Shown here: one piece after another, positions 49,112 to 63,129 of the stretch
How positions within the stretch are numbered: position 1 is the first letter of the stretch
Layout: each line of letters opens with the position of its first letter
Notes under the pieces: generated by a model
Seen by the model: the letters and a program-made list of their open reading frames with translations, nothing else
The model's database searches: none
What the model was told of the DNA's origin: nothing
Translations under genes and position numbers: made by a program
Source: Octopus sinensis
Lineage: Eukaryota
DNA: 64,000 bases
Direction: 5' to 3'
Assembly (NCBI RefSeq): GCF_006345805.1
Contig: NC_043005.1
Coordinates: 44,764,001-44,828,000, forward strand

Positions 49112-52100
49112 CCCACACACACACATTCATACATTTATGTATGTATATAAAAATACATACGTACATACATATAATACATATATGTATGTATGAGCACTAC
49201 TGCAATTAATATAGCCAGGTTTGGCCTGTTAACAGCAGTAGCAGCCTTCAATAAATTTATTAATCTCAGGAGACTAATGACAGGTGTTTGACTTTTGGAA
49301 ATCCAAGATAGTCAAAGAGTCAGTTCAAATGAGCTGTGTGACAGACACACCAATTTAAAGTTTTCATTTAATGTTGTTATATTATATTATATTATTATAT
49401 TATTATTTCTATTGATTGATATAGCATGATATTGCTCAAAACACACATATCTATTGAAACATATTGTAAATATCATTCCGTAAGGAATCTTACCTCCGTA
49501 GATTTCAGGTGTAAGATTTAAATTAGAGGAGATAGGTAACAATGTAAATGTCAACAGCAAAAAAAAAAGAAAAGAACAAAGAAAAAATGAATGAATAGGT
49601 AAAGAAATTCAAAGGTTAATATACTAAACTACCAAGTAGTAGTTTTCAAAATTTTTTCGAAGAGTCTTTTTTATATGAACTATTTTTGATACCACATGTG
49701 AATTTTAGTGATGTTTCATGAAGGGCAACTTTGAATTTAATAGCAAGTAACTTTTACAAAATTAGCAAGGAAACATTGTTGTTGTTGTTGCTGTTGTAGT
49801 TGTTGTTGCTGCTGCTGCTGTTGTTGTTGTTGTTGTAATAAAAGTATTTACAGAAATGCTCTTAGCATGAATTGACTAAATTCGAAGGGAAATTTATTGA
49901 AATTGTTTTATATTTTGAATGTCACTACCAGTGGTTGATACAATGATCCTGAATACCAGTATACTATGAGAAGTAGATGCGAAAACTATCATTTAATTAT
50001 TTGTGCAAGGAGAAAAATACTGGTATTATAGGCATATACTATTATATTTAACATATTCTTATACACTTAGACCTAGAAAGACATAAATTGCAAAAATTAT
50101 TTCAAGAGAAAAAAATATTCTAGATATGTATGAAAAATATACCACTGATCTATAAATAATGTCATCAGATTCGAGGACATATGCATTTCTGTGTCATTGC
50201 ATTTTGTCAGTTATGGATACTGAGTTGTCATTCATTGTTATTACATTTGCTGATGTACACAAAGCTATTCAACAGAGTAACACCGCTAAACTTAGTGGCT
50301 ATTTAAGGAATGTATTTATGAATGGTTAATGGATTGCATGTGGTGCTGAGGAAGGAGCAAGAACTCCTGAAATATGCATATATGCCTATTATTTATTTTT
50401 CTATCTTCATGTAAACATTGTTTACATAGATATATTTATATATGAAATGTCATAACTTTTAGCGATAGCTCGAGATTTTATAGAAAATCTGTAGGGAGAC
50501 ACTTAAAAGTAATTAATTAGAGGAGCACTAAGCAGCATTGAATGAAATATTGGTGTGTAGAATTATATTCAATGTGTTGATATACAACTGGAAAAGGAAA
50601 GACATACATTACAGAAATTGTTCTGAGAGAAAAAATTCAGTGGGCTATGAATGGAAATATTTTGGTATGGTTGTGTGCTTGAGTGGCTTGTTTCACAACC
50701 ATGTGGTTCTGGGTTTGACTCTATCACATGTGATGTGATCCTATTATGTGGAACATGGGCGTGTATCCTCAGACATAGCTTCACATTGATCTATACTGTG
50801 TGAATGAAAGTTGATAGAAAGAAAGTGTGTGGAGTGGATACCTGCCGTGTGTGTGTGTGTGTGTATGAAAGTGTGTGTCTTTGCCATTGCATATTGGTGC
50901 AAAATATAAACAATAATGAAGAAACTGAAAAAACAAGGAGCAGATCTTGTCATTTTTGCCATCACAAATTCAGAGAACCACTGACAGACTCACTGAAAGC
51001 CTGTAACCAACAAAACTATTGTTCACACATTGCCATACAAAATAGTCAGAAATATAAAATAAAACTTCTTTGTTGTAAAACCAGAATTCTTAGCTAACTA
51101 ATAACGGTCACAGTAGTAGAACTGCCTATTATTTTAACTACAAAATGACTGATAAATTTGGTCATTTGCTTGATGAAGGCTATTTAATAGCAGAAACACC
51201 ATTAATTGTATTTCATAATTGAAGGTCTTGTGGTCATTGATATTGAGAGAGTATATGGAGATGTTGCTTACTGTGTACAAAGAACCTGAAGAATTATAAA
51301 GTTTATAATAGTAACTTATATTAAATTTGAAACATTTATAAAATGAAAAATATATATCTTAGAAAAGATGGCTTAAATTTTCTCTGAATGTAAAGGGTTT
51401 TCATATTTTCATTGTCAGTAAATATAAATAAACAAATATATAATGTTTTTATAAGAGTGACAGGAAGAACAACTAAATATAAAATTCTACCTCAAAAGTA
51501 GAAACATAACAAATACTGCTATGATATTCACAAGGACTAATAATTCCTAAACTCATTCGTTTATTAATGTTTCAGAACTCTATCAGTTTCAGAGTGAAAT
51601 TGTAGCAGAATGGTATGTTCTCATATCTCTTGTAATGGATCACAATGAATCATAGGAGTGCTTGTGATTTCTTCTATATATGTTTGTATATGTATACTGC
51701 TCTATGAAGATATAGACACTCTCTGATGTATTCTGATGGTCATAAGAACAAGATTTTCTGTATTTTCTTTCACTCTTATCGAATTTTGTCTGATTCATTG
51801 TGAAATCCTTTTTCTTGTATTGATTATCTCTGGGCTGCATGCGTGTAACACTTAATTTCCTGGCTTTATTATGTCAAACCAATAAATTACAATGCATTAT
51901 AATGCCACAATAAATCTAACATACAATATTCAAAGCTGCAAGAATAGACTACTGAAGTTTTTTTATGCTTCACTGACCCAATATTGACCAAATGTGAATG
52001 CAAATGGCCAGTTGGTTAGGATAGTGGATAACAAAGATGAAGGTACTACGTTATAGTATTGTCAACACACCAATGTGTCCATGAGTAAAACAACCCCATC

Positions 52101-52239
52101 CATATTGTAGATAAGTACAACATAGTAGGAACAATCTATTGTTTTAAGCAGGGGTGACTCTGTCATGTCCGATAAGTTCATCATCATCAGTTCACTGTTT
52201 TGTTTTTTTTTCAATAAAATAGTTTTTAGCTATTAATGG

Positions 52240-53046
52240 TTTTTCTCAGTAAACTTTCCTCATGGTAAACTTTCCTCTTGGTGATTTTTCTTCATAGTAA
52301 ATCGATGGTAGTGAACATTTCCTACAGTGAATTGATGATGGTGAACTTACCTGTAGTCATTCCTCACATGTCAGAAAGTCGTGTTTACTGTGAGAATCAC
52401 AGGACCAAAGGCACTTGAAGTTACTAAATTCCACAAGTTGTGTGCCATCATTGAAACCAATTGACAAGTAGCTTTCATCTTCATTGATGGTCAAGTACTC
52501 AGTCTTTTTTTACTGCAAAAACAGATCAACTTCTTATGAGAACTTAAAATATTTTGTCATGAGCACAAAACCCACAAAGAGACAGAGGGATACATTCCAC
52601 TCATCTCTACAGTCGTTGCTCATCACAGGGTTGGCTTTGCTGGCCAGTGTTTTTGGACCTGGAGATCTCCATTTCCAGCGACTTTGCGGGCCATCTCCCA
52701 CTGGTGTCGGGTGTCAACGAAGAGCCCTCGGCTACAAGACAACCAAAGTTTTTTTTTCCAAGGTCTGAGGTCTCCCGCCCCTAAGCCCTAGACCATCACC
52801 TAATCACCCTTACCCTTGTTGCTTAACAACAACAACTGCTGAACACTAAGCCGTTTTAGATGTTATATTTTTGAGATTTCTGAAGTCTAAATGAGGATAG
52901 ATATTACAGGCAGAGACTATAACATACATATATTTTCTCAGTAAACTTTCCTTGCAGTGAACTTCCCTCATGGTGAACTTTCTTCACAGCAAATTGATGG
53001 CGGTGAACTTTCCCTGCGGTGAATTGATGACTGTGAACTTATCTGT
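52240..53046. repeat. Two direct ~113-nt copies (52240-52354, 52933-53046) of a repeat built from gtgaactttcc-like subunits
   Basis: Both start ttttctcagtaaactttcc; a reverse-orientation relative lies at 26153-26240. Confidence 0.75.
52351..52515 (-). pseudogene. RTE-type RT fragment
   Basis: KKTEYLTINEDE...GTQLVEFSNFKCLWS resembles RTE KKTEYM...LKxVxDFKYLGS. Confidence 0.55.
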
Positions 53047-53551
53047 GATAAGTTCTCTTTGTTAGTAAATGGTTTCCAGTTCATTTCGTTAGTACAGTAT
53101 CTTGAGCAAGTGTCTTTTATCACAGACATAGGTCATCCAAATCCTTGTGACAGAAACTGTGGAATTCTATTGAAGAGGCCAGTTCTTGTTGTTGACTGTC
53201 AAACTTGATTACCCAGTTTAGAATCCTTCTCTGATCATTTGTTGTCTTTAAGAGAAATCCACTTTGTTGGAACTCTCTGAGTCAGGTCTCCAGTCTGAGG
53301 ATGTCTGTCTCTCCTTTTTTCATCTGTCTTAGAGGTCCTGCAAAGGATCATTAGCATTGTTCACAGCTAAGTCATTAAACTACTAAATAAATAAATAATC
53401 AAGTGTTTGTTAGGTTTTAATGCTGATTCCAATTCTACCCAGCCCATGGGCCTGGACAGGCCACCTCTGTACTGAACATATAAGTAAGGTCTTTCAATCA
53501 TTTCAGCTTCCTTTGTCATTGGTTCTGGGTTTGACTTCTTTCTCTCTTAAT

Positions 53552-53945
53552 TTTTACTTGTTTCAGTCATTAGACTGAGGCCATGCAGGAGCATCATCTT
53601 GAAGAATTTTTATTTGAATGAATCAACTGTAGTATTTATGTTTCTCTTTCTTTTTTAAGTCTGGTATTCATTCTATTGGTCTCTTTTGCCAAATTGCTAA
53701 GTTACCGGGATATAACCAAGTGGTGAGGGACAAACACACACACACTCACAGACACACAGACACACACACACACAAACACACACACAATAAGCTTCTTTCA
53801 GTTTCCGTCTACCAAATCCACTCAGAAGACTTTGGTCAGTCCAAGGCTAGAGTAGAATACACTTGCTGAAGGTTCCACACAATGGGACTGAACCTGGAAC
53901 CATGTGGCTGGAAAAACAAACTTCTTACCACATAGACATGCCTGT
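53552..53945 (-). mobile_element. SINE family A, full-length
   Basis: 3' module, (CA)n, head. Confidence 0.85.
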
Positions 53946-54773
53946 GCTTTGATCAATTCGAGATCATAGCAGAAGACATTCACTGGAAATGCCACAGAGT
54001 GGGACGAAGCGCAACAAGAGTACAATGTTGTGGAATAAACCTCTTAAGCACATAATGGCATTGCACTTGACTCTGCCTTTAACTTCATTCACATTAAGGA
54101 TTTAACAACTCTTGTTGTGGAGTGACAGATACACCAGCAGAATACTTCCATGCAAATTTCCTGCTAAGTAGATCAATTGATAGATTCAAACATCACAGCA
54201 AGCACTTGTTATTTTGTGAGTTTTCTATTATAATGTTTTGAGAGTTAATTTAAAACCATTACCATTCTTTGATACATATCGAAACACTAATTTATCATCT
54301 TTATTGTACAACTGTCCAGTTTTTCTTCGTTAAGTAGTCGTTGGTACTTATGAAAGTTTTTATTTATTTATTGCTCTTTCGGCATCGAACTGTAGAATAG
54401 AAAGTGAGAAACATTATAAATTGCTTTGGAATCAGTTGCCAGCAGTTTTTGACAATATGTTGATATAGATTAGAGAAAGTTAATAAAATAATACAACACC
54501 CAATACCAATGAGAATTCAGAAGATAATCGCTATGCTGACATATGAAGTATGAAGTAGTCTTTGATGATCTCATTCTTATTGAAACATGCAGAGAAGATT
54601 GTTATTGATACAAGATGCAGTTAAGAGCTTCTTAAGTACTCTTTGACCAGACAGAGATTTAGAAATTAGGAAAGAATGTTGGATTACATGTAAATGATAC
54701 AGAATGTGATAGGTTGATATAATATATAATGATAGGAATTAATTGCACTTTTCAACACAGTTTATATGAAATA

Positions 54774-54817
<44 letters not shown>

Positions 54818-55437
54818 ATATGCGTAAATGCTTTAGTCTTAGTGTGAAGATTATTTGGGGTTAAGACCAATGTTAATGAGAGCACACAGTCAAGAAATAT
54901 ACCGTTGTGCTGTCAAGTCTCCTTGGACACTGTTGAGGTTTAATGAACCGATTACATGCTCTTTGAATTAAGTGAAAAGCTTTATAAACATTGTTATGTA
55001 TAGAGTGATGGTTTGAGAAACATTAATCAAAATTAATTACACTTTCCACTGCTTATTGTATGATTTAATCTACTATATAAACTACATAAATGTATCTAAT
55101 CGCAAGAGAGTACAGGCACTAGAAGTAGCAGCCAGATCCCTGTTAAACCACATTCTGCTGTTTAAAAAAGGACATCTTAGGTAATGCAGTTTTAGATAGA
55201 TTTTGTCTGAAGCTAAAAGGCAGGATGGTCGTGGTTAGATCAGTAGTAAACTTGGACTAAAAACCAGTGATATATTTAGTTAGTTCTAAAAAGTGGCAAG
55301 GGTTATGTCGTCAGAAAAGCAAGTACTTGGAAACATTTAATGTGTATAGCTTGTGGTTGTATAATGATATAGTATAGACCCCATTCAGTCATAAATGACC
55401 ATGGGATTGTACTTAGAAAGTTACCCTATGAGGCACA

Positions 55438-55667
55438 TGTACATAAATATATACATGCATATGAATCTACATGTATATACATATATATATACTTGTATAT
55501 ATATATACATAAACATGTATATATATATACATGTATATCTAGCTATATATATATATGCATATATATACATATATATACATGTAAATATATTTATATATAC
55601 ACATGTATATCTATATATATACATACATACATGTATATATATATACATACATATATATATACGCACA

Positions 55668-55716
<49 letters not shown>

Positions 55717-55818
55717 TATACACATGTATATATATACATATATATATGTATGTATACATATATATATGCATATATATATATATAAATATATATGTACATA
55801 TACATATATATATGTATG

Positions 55819-55869
<51 letters not shown>

Positions 55870-55898
55870 GTATGTATACATACATTATATACATATAT
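55438..55898. repeat. Degenerate TA/CA microsatellite field
   Basis: Direct reading. Confidence 0.95.
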
Positions 55899-56039
55899 AG
55901 GCGAGAAGAAAATGGAGGAGAAATAACAAACAGAAGTGTGTCTTTCAAGTTAGTAAGCCATTAATTAAATAATGGCTTGCTGGTGCAAAAGACACACTTC
56001 TGTTTGTTATTTGTCCTCCATTTTCTTCTTGCCTGTATA
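55894..56039. mobile_element. ~145-bp hairpin (70-bp arms), MITE-like, TA-flanked
   Basis: aggcgagaagaaaatggaggagaaataacaaacagaagtgtgtcttt...aagccatta / taatggctt...aaagacacacttctgtttgttatttgtcctccattttcttcttgcct. Confidence 0.8.
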
Positions 56040-56537
56040 AATTAAACTATGGTTACCCGCTAAATTACCTGCTGCCTTATACCTTTTACCAAGGAATATA
56101 CTCACTGAGGTAATTATCAAAAGTGCCTTTGGATATATCTATCCTTTAGAGACTTTAAACAACTCTAACTTATACCTATGTACATATATATGTATATCAT
56201 ATATATGCATATATGCATATACATATATACGTATATATAGGTACATATATATATGCATATATATAGATATATATACATATACATGTATATATATACATCT
56301 ATCTATATATACATATACATATATACATATACCTCTATAAATGTATATCTATATATACATATATACACATACATATATACACATACATATATACTCTTTT
56401 ACTGTTTTACTCGTTTCAGCCATGTAGCTGTGGTCATGCTAGAGCACCACCGTGTTCTTTCTGACTTACTCAGTCTGGGTGTTTGACATGACCACTCTTG
56501 TATGTGCCTTTTTTACATTGATGAAAGACAGTGAAAG

Positions 56538-56562
56538 AGAGAGAGAGAGAGAGAGAGAGAGG

Positions 56563-56635
<73 letters not shown>

Positions 56636-56661
56636 GATAGATAGATAGATAGATAGATAGA

Positions 56662-56724
<63 letters not shown>
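56538..56724. repeat. (GA)n/(GATA)n compound microsatellite
   Basis: Direct reading. Confidence 0.95.
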
Positions 56725-56728
<4 letters not shown>

Positions 56729-56861
56729 CATATCCATGTTATGCATATTTTTGTCATCAGCTTGCTTTAAGTGATAGACATGTAGGTGACCATAAGTCTA
56801 AAAGATGGTTTTCAGCAAATGTAAAGAATTTACTCAGAATAAACTAAAGAAAATGAATAGG

Positions 56862-57460
56862 TGCAGGCATGGCTGTGTGGTAAGAAATTTGCTTTTCAAC
56901 CACATGGTTCTGGGTTCAGTTCCATTGTTTGACACCTTGGGCAAGTGTCTTCTATTATAGCTTCAGGCTGACCAAAGCCTTGTGAGTGGAGTTGGTAGAC
57001 AGAAACTGAAAGCAGCCCGTATGTCATCATCGTCATCATCATCGTCTTACATCTACCTTCCATGCTGGCATGAGTTGGACGGTCTGACAGGAGCACCAGA
57101 CTTTTGTATTTATTTTGGTGGAATTTTTAAGGCTGGATGTCTTTCCTAACATCAACCACTCTGCAGAGTGGACTTGTACATATATTTATATATATATATG
57201 TGTACATATATGTGTGGGGTGGGGTGTATGTGCGTGTAGGTGTGTGTGTGTGTCTCTGTCTGTATTTGTCCACCCCCCCCACCATTTGACAACTAGCGTT
57301 TACATCCTTGTAAGTTAGCAGTTTGTCAAAAGGGATGGATAAACTAAGTATCAGGCTTAAAAAGATATAAATACTGGAGTTTATTCATTGTATTAAAGTT
57401 CTTGACAGTGGTGCTCCAGCATGGTCGCAGTCTAATGACTGAAACAAGTAAAAAGATAAG
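56862..57460 (+). mobile_element. SINE family A interrupted by a family C copy (57024-57175, minus)
   Basis: Head 56862-57020, then (CAT)n...ttccatgctggcatgagttggacgg...ggatgtctttcctaac, then linker and 3' module 57230-57460. Confidence 0.8.
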
Positions 57461-57629
57461 AGATAAAAGGAACAAGTGCTGAGCAACATACAACATAATC
57501 CTAACTAAAATATTTTTTTCCTTAATGTTAGATTTACAAATATTCTCATAGACTTTCTAAGGTGCCACACTGTGGGACTGAATCCAGAACCATATGGTTG
57601 GGAAGCAAATGTCTTACCGCACAGAAATT

Positions 57630-59060
57630 TTCAGTTAGTTTGAATAATCAAGTCCAAATATGATATCTTTATTTTCTACTACATTGGCAGGCTTATGTCC
57701 CACCAGTTCTTATATAAGAGTCCAAACTGACTGCATGATCCTGTGCAAATACTTACCAAGACTATCTTGGTGATTAGTATATTCAGTTGAAGTTAACAGA
57801 GCAGCTTGAGACGAGATGGTGAGTTGTTTTTCTGGTTGTATCCCGAAAGTGACAGGAAAGATTAGCATCATTTTTAAGAAGAATGGCTTGGTAATTTCTT
57901 ATAGGCAGACACTGATCCCGAGCTACAATAATGAAGCCCACTGTTTCAGATTTAAGTTTAGATGCAGACAGCTACTGGTGGGTCATATTTTTATCAACAT
58001 CAGGATTGCTAGCCTTTGTAGGATATTTACCATATAATACCTTATATTTCCATCTACTATGTAGCTCTGCAATTCCATTTGATTTGGCTTGTGATTTCAT
58101 TCTTTTTCCTTTCATGGTGGATTCTTCTGTTCCACATAGCTGTGACTCAGTGTTAGTGATCTTTAGTCCTTTTACACATTTCATTACTTCTTCTGATGCT
58201 AAGTGTAGTTTCTTGGTACTTTCATGCTTGCAGACAAGTTCAAGCATTCAATCATCAGCATTCTTTTGATAGGTTTCTAAATCTATGGTTGTAACTGTGT
58301 CAGTTCTTCATCCTTTCATAAAATGTATATATAGCTTGTCTACATCTGTCTTCAGGTAACACTTGCAGTGCATCATGAGAAACTTATGTATTTTTGTATA
58401 AATTTTGCTAATCTCGCTGATAGACCATTTTACGATAGCATTCTCTCCACATTTTCTCATGCATTTGTGGAGCTGGAAGCCATTCCCTCACACACACTTA
58501 AATATTTGTAGTTTTCTTCAGGATCTAATTCCTTGGTTATGGTTATGTTGCCTTGTTGAATTTTGTAGGTTTTCAAGAGTTTACTTTTAAAGAGTGTGAC
58601 TAAAGCATATTTCTTGAGGCCAAACCAAACTTCATCTCAATATTGCCAGTATATTGTGCTACTATAGTCAAAAACTGTTCTAATAATTGATAACTTTTTG
58701 CAGACAACTCCTATAAAGATGATTGATTAATAGTTGATATCTTCTGTAATCATGTCTGGTGTCATTTAACATCTAGATACAAAAATGAGAGCCATTAAAA
58801 AGAAAAGTGATGAAAGAGAATCATCTTGCAAAATGTCCCCAGCATTCACAGTACATGCCTCTGAATTTAGTATATGAGTTGTCTTCCAGATTGCGGATTA
58901 TCTCTGCATCTAGTTTTATATGGTATATTATATTGAATACAACAATTGCAACAGAATCTATATCAATATTACTGTTTGTCTACAACACATTCCCAGCAAA
59001 GAACAGCTCTCTATATATAAATGGTTAGTAGTTTAAAAAACATTTGGACAAATGCCTTAA
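57630..59060 (-). pseudogene. Old R4/Dong-clade LINE ORF (RT to zinc-knuckle region)
   Basis: Stitched: GDILQDDSLSSLFF, INHL, ELDPEENYKYL, KTDVDKLYI, YKVLYGKYP...SETVGFIIVARDQCLPIRNYQ, HKPANVVENK; heavily disrupted. Confidence 0.7.
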
Positions 59061-59947
59061 CAGAAATGTCATGGTATGATCAAAGTTGTTGACAGAAATG
59101 TTGGTAACCTAAAAATTAAAGAGGCAAACTTCATAAAAAACAAATCAATAAAGAAAACTATCAGACATCAGGCTTGTTAGTTTCTTACTAAGAGCACTTT
59201 TTCCCATGATATTCTGAGGCCAAAACAGTGAAATTTCTTTGATTCTTTTATTAGTATTGCTTTGACTTTTGAACACTAATATACCTTCTTAATGATTAAT
59301 CTGTCTCTTTTTTGTTTTTACATATTGTTACATAACAGAAAATGGACTGATTTACATGTGGGTTGGTGTGGAGATACATAGGCATTATTTTTCTTTGATC
59401 ACATCTAGTATATATATTTATCCAGCTTACATTATCCATTAATCAGGTTTCTTTCATGAATGAACAAGTACTTCTAATGCATAACCATTATCAAATTCAC
59501 ATTATACATTGGATGGATCAGAATCATTTTTCTCCCCTTTTCCATAAAACACAAACTTCTAAAATAGTGATACTGCAACAAAACACCTCACATATTCTGT
59601 CAGATAAAGAAAAATATCAGGAATTTCTGAGGTTATATAAAGTATCAGAAATTGATAAAAAAATATGTAAGAAACCATTCAGCAAATGATTTAATAAATT
59701 CTGCTTTTGAAAACGTATAAAACTTAGTGTATGACCCCTAACTTGAAGAAAGAGCATAGATTTGTTAACCTGATGATCACGATCTTAATTCCAGCTGATA
59801 TATCATCATCTCTATGCAGCCAAGGTTATTTACTTTCTATGTTAAAAAATGAATGCAACACAAAAAGGTCTTGAAAAATTTGGCTGTCTCTGAAATATTT
59901 GCATGAACTCGATAATAAACCAGTCATAAAAATTATACTGCACACTA

Positions 59948-60065
59948 TGTATGTATGTATGTATGTATGTATGTATGTATGTATGTATGTATGTATGTAT
60001 GTATGTATGTATGTATGTATGTATGTATGTATGTATGTATGTATGTATGTATGTGTGTGTCTGTA

Positions 60066-60100
<35 letters not shown>

Positions 60101-60111
60101 ATGTATGTATG
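59948..60111. repeat. (TATG)n microsatellite
   Basis: Direct reading. Confidence 0.95.
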
Positions 60112-60223
60112 CATATCATTATTCATTTTTATTTAAAGATTTCTTGCCAATAGAGAAAGAGCCAGTTTCTAATCTAGATCTAAGGCTCCTTCATTGGAAT
60201 TTTAACATCAACAACAAGGCATT
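60112..60223 (-). mobile_element. Short 3' end related to the R4 element at 35367
   Basis: Shares gagccagtttc.....agat.aaggctcc and the adjacent T-rich end with 35375-35440. Confidence 0.5.
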
Positions 60224-60942
60224 TATGTATGTATGTATGTATATATGTATGTATGTGTATATATGTGTGTGCATGTAAGTATGCATGTATATATATATAT
60301 ATAAACACATATATATATGTGAGTGTGTGTATATATGTGTGCGTAAGTGTATATGTATATATGTATATTTAATTATACACACACATGTGTGTAGGAAAGT
60401 ATATGCATATGTATACCATGACCACTTGTGTAACTGAAAATAAGTTTACCAACTAGGGGTTTCTGAAGTACAAGGAATCGATCAGGACAGACTGAGAGTG
60501 GGGAGAAGGAGAGTAAACATAAAAAGGTCAGTGTCATAAATACATTAAAAACCGAATTTATAAATTCACTTTTATATTGTCCTGTTCAAAGTTCAATGTG
60601 CTTGTAGGGGAATAGTGAACATAACTGAATGGTGTGTAACTAGAAGTAAAGAGAAGGTGGCAAAGTTCAGTGTGTATATATGTGAATTGGGAATATTAAA
60701 ATATGGCATATGACTAGAGCTCCATAGTTACAGATGAAAATATTCAGTCTCTGTGCACATGTGGAAATGGTAAATACAATTGTAAAGAGGCCAATGTACA
60801 AAAATTACTGGATTCATATTTTCATGAATGGGCTAACATATCCTATGAAGTAATTTAAAAGGAAAAGTAAGAAAGAAAATTACATTCAGTTACATTCTTC
60901 TTCTTCTTCTTCTTCTTATTTTTATCATTATTATTATTATCA

Positions 60943-61000
<58 letters not shown>

Positions 61001-61025
61001 TATCATTATTATTATTACTATTATT

Positions 61026-61234
61026 AAGGTGGCGAGCTGGCTGAATCGTTACCACATCTGGGAAAATTCTTAGTGGCATTTCGTGTGGCTTTTCGTTCTG
61101 AGCTCACGTTCTGCCAAGGTTGGCTTTGCCTTTCATCCTATCTGGATTGATAAAATAAGTACCAGTTGAGTACTGGGGTCAATTTAATCGACTTATCCCC
61201 TCCCAAAAATTTCTGACATTGTGCCAAAATTTGA
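61026..61234 (+). mobile_element. SINE family D
   Basis: aaggtggcgagctggctgaatcgtta...ttctgagctcacgttc...tttgcctttcatcc...gataaaataagtaccag. Confidence 0.8.
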
Positions 61235-61251
61235 TATCGTTGTTGTTGTTG

Positions 61252-61283
<32 letters not shown>

Positions 61284-61321
61284 GTTGCTATTATTATGTT
61301 GGGCAAAATGCTTAGCAGCAT

Positions 61322-61636
61322 TTTATCTGTCCCTATGTTCAAATATCTCAAGGATCACCAGATGGATTTAGATGAAATTTTCAGGGAAGTTTGCCCTTAT
61401 GACTGGCACAAACTGATTAGATTTTGGAATTGACCTGGTACCGGACAAAGATTCTGGATTATATTTGCAGTTTTTTTACTTAATTTTTGAGAGTGGTAGG
61501 GTTCAATTTTGGTATTCTCATTTGTGAAAGCAGTCAAGTTTATTCAAGATATTCTCAGTTTAAAAATCATCTCTGGTTAATCATTGAGAGGATGTTGGTG
61601 TTGCCTTGGTGGAGTTTTGCACTCTCAGAGTGCTCT
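61322..61636 (+). mobile_element. Helentron/HINE-like non-autonomous element
   Basis: ggatttagatgaaattttcagg interior; 3' end ccttggtggagttttgcactctcagagtgctct with terminal hairpin gcactct.agagtgc. Confidence 0.45.
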
Positions 61637-61673
61637 TATTATTATTATTATTATTATTGTTATTATTATTATT

Positions 61674-61888
61674 AAGGCGGTGAGCTAGCAGAATTGTTAG
61701 TATGCCAAGTAAAATACTTTGCATAATTTCGTCCACCTTCAGGCTCTGAGTTCAAATTCCGCTAAGGTAGAGTTAGCCTTTCATCTTTCCTGGATCGATG
61801 AATTAAGTACCAGTGAAACACTGAGGTTGATGTTATAGATTGGTCCCCTCCTCTCAATTTTCAGGCCTTGTGCCTTTAGTAGAAAGGA
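61674..61888 (+). mobile_element. SINE family D
   Basis: aaggcggtgagctagcagaattgttag...ctctgagttcaaattccgc...gatgaattaagtaccag. Confidence 0.8.
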
Positions 61889-63129
61889 TTATTATTATTA
61901 TTATTATTATTATTATTGAGTGAAAGAGTAGTGCTTGCCATCAAAGTGATACTTGGGTAAAATGTACGAAGCCCAGTATAACCATCATTACTAACCATCT
62001 GATAAGGTACACCAAGCACATGCATCACAACCATATGTGTGCGACATAGTGATCTCTTATCCAAGATAAACAGCACATGACCTTGCAGGTTGGGCCCAGT
62101 TTTTTTCGGGTCGAGTAGCCCATCCTGCTAAAAAGGTCCTTGAATAAGGGTTGTTTAAGAATGTTGAACAAGGATTTTTTATAGGCGTAGGAGTTGCTTA
62201 CCAACCACATAGTTCTGGGTTCAGTCCCACTGCATGGCACCTTAGGCAAGATTTGTTTTTTCAAGAAGTCTTTGAATTCATTGGATCTAATCTGGCATAT
62301 TTTTGGACTGACTACTATTGCATAAATACAGCTTCTCATACTGTACGGGATGTTCCCTTTGATGTGTCAAGGATGGCATGAGTAGAAATTTAAATATTGG
62401 TGTGAGTCTGGAGTGAATGTCTAAGAAAGGTAAATCATTATCACTGGCTTCTTACGGATGGATGGAGGGTGTTCAGTATGTTATTGAATATTTGTAGTAC
62501 ATCATTTGATTTCTCAAGAAAAAATAAATCAGTCATTGAGGAAGCATTTCCATTTTTCAATTACATTTTTCTTGAAATTTTGGTGAAACATTTTCTCTTA
62601 CTCCCATGTAAAGTTTTTCTTTTAAAAGATCCATCACTATGTTAGCATATGAGGGAGAAAATGTTTTCCCCATGGCTATGCCCTTTATTTGTTGCTATGT
62701 TTTACTATCAAAGTTAAAAGTATTCTCATTACCAGGCATGTGGCCTTGGTAAAGAAATCTGTGGCAATAAGCATACATACATTTATACATGCATACATAC
62801 ATACGGACAGACAGACAGATACACAGGCAGACAGACAGACAGATACATAGGTAGACAGACAGACAGATACATAGGCAGACAGATACATAGGCAGACAGAC
62901 AGATACATAGGCAGACAGACAGATACATAGGCAGACAGACAGACAGACAGATAGATAGAGGAAAGATGAAAAGAAGAGGAAAATGTATTGGAAGTCGATT
63001 AGTGGCTGGAATGATATGATACTTAATTTCATTAGAATAAAATTATTAATCAATTTTTTTTAATGGAAATGAGTATCATTTATGAAGCTGTGAGATTGAG
63101 GCAATGTCACACATGAATAGAAGTCATTT

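Noticed and set aside
54510-54720. Possible YAD...VGLHVN RT remnant on + strand
   Set aside because: Too degenerate to assign with confidence.
59330-59690. ENGLIYMWVG (gelsolin/Sec24-like) and ORF 59456-59689
   Set aside because: Only short motif resemblance with no supporting context; likely chance.
62815-62950. 20-bp unit agatacataggcagacagac repeated about five times
   Set aside because: Derived from surrounding (CAGA)/(GATA) microsatellite; no unique spacers, so not CRISPR-like or otherwise notable.
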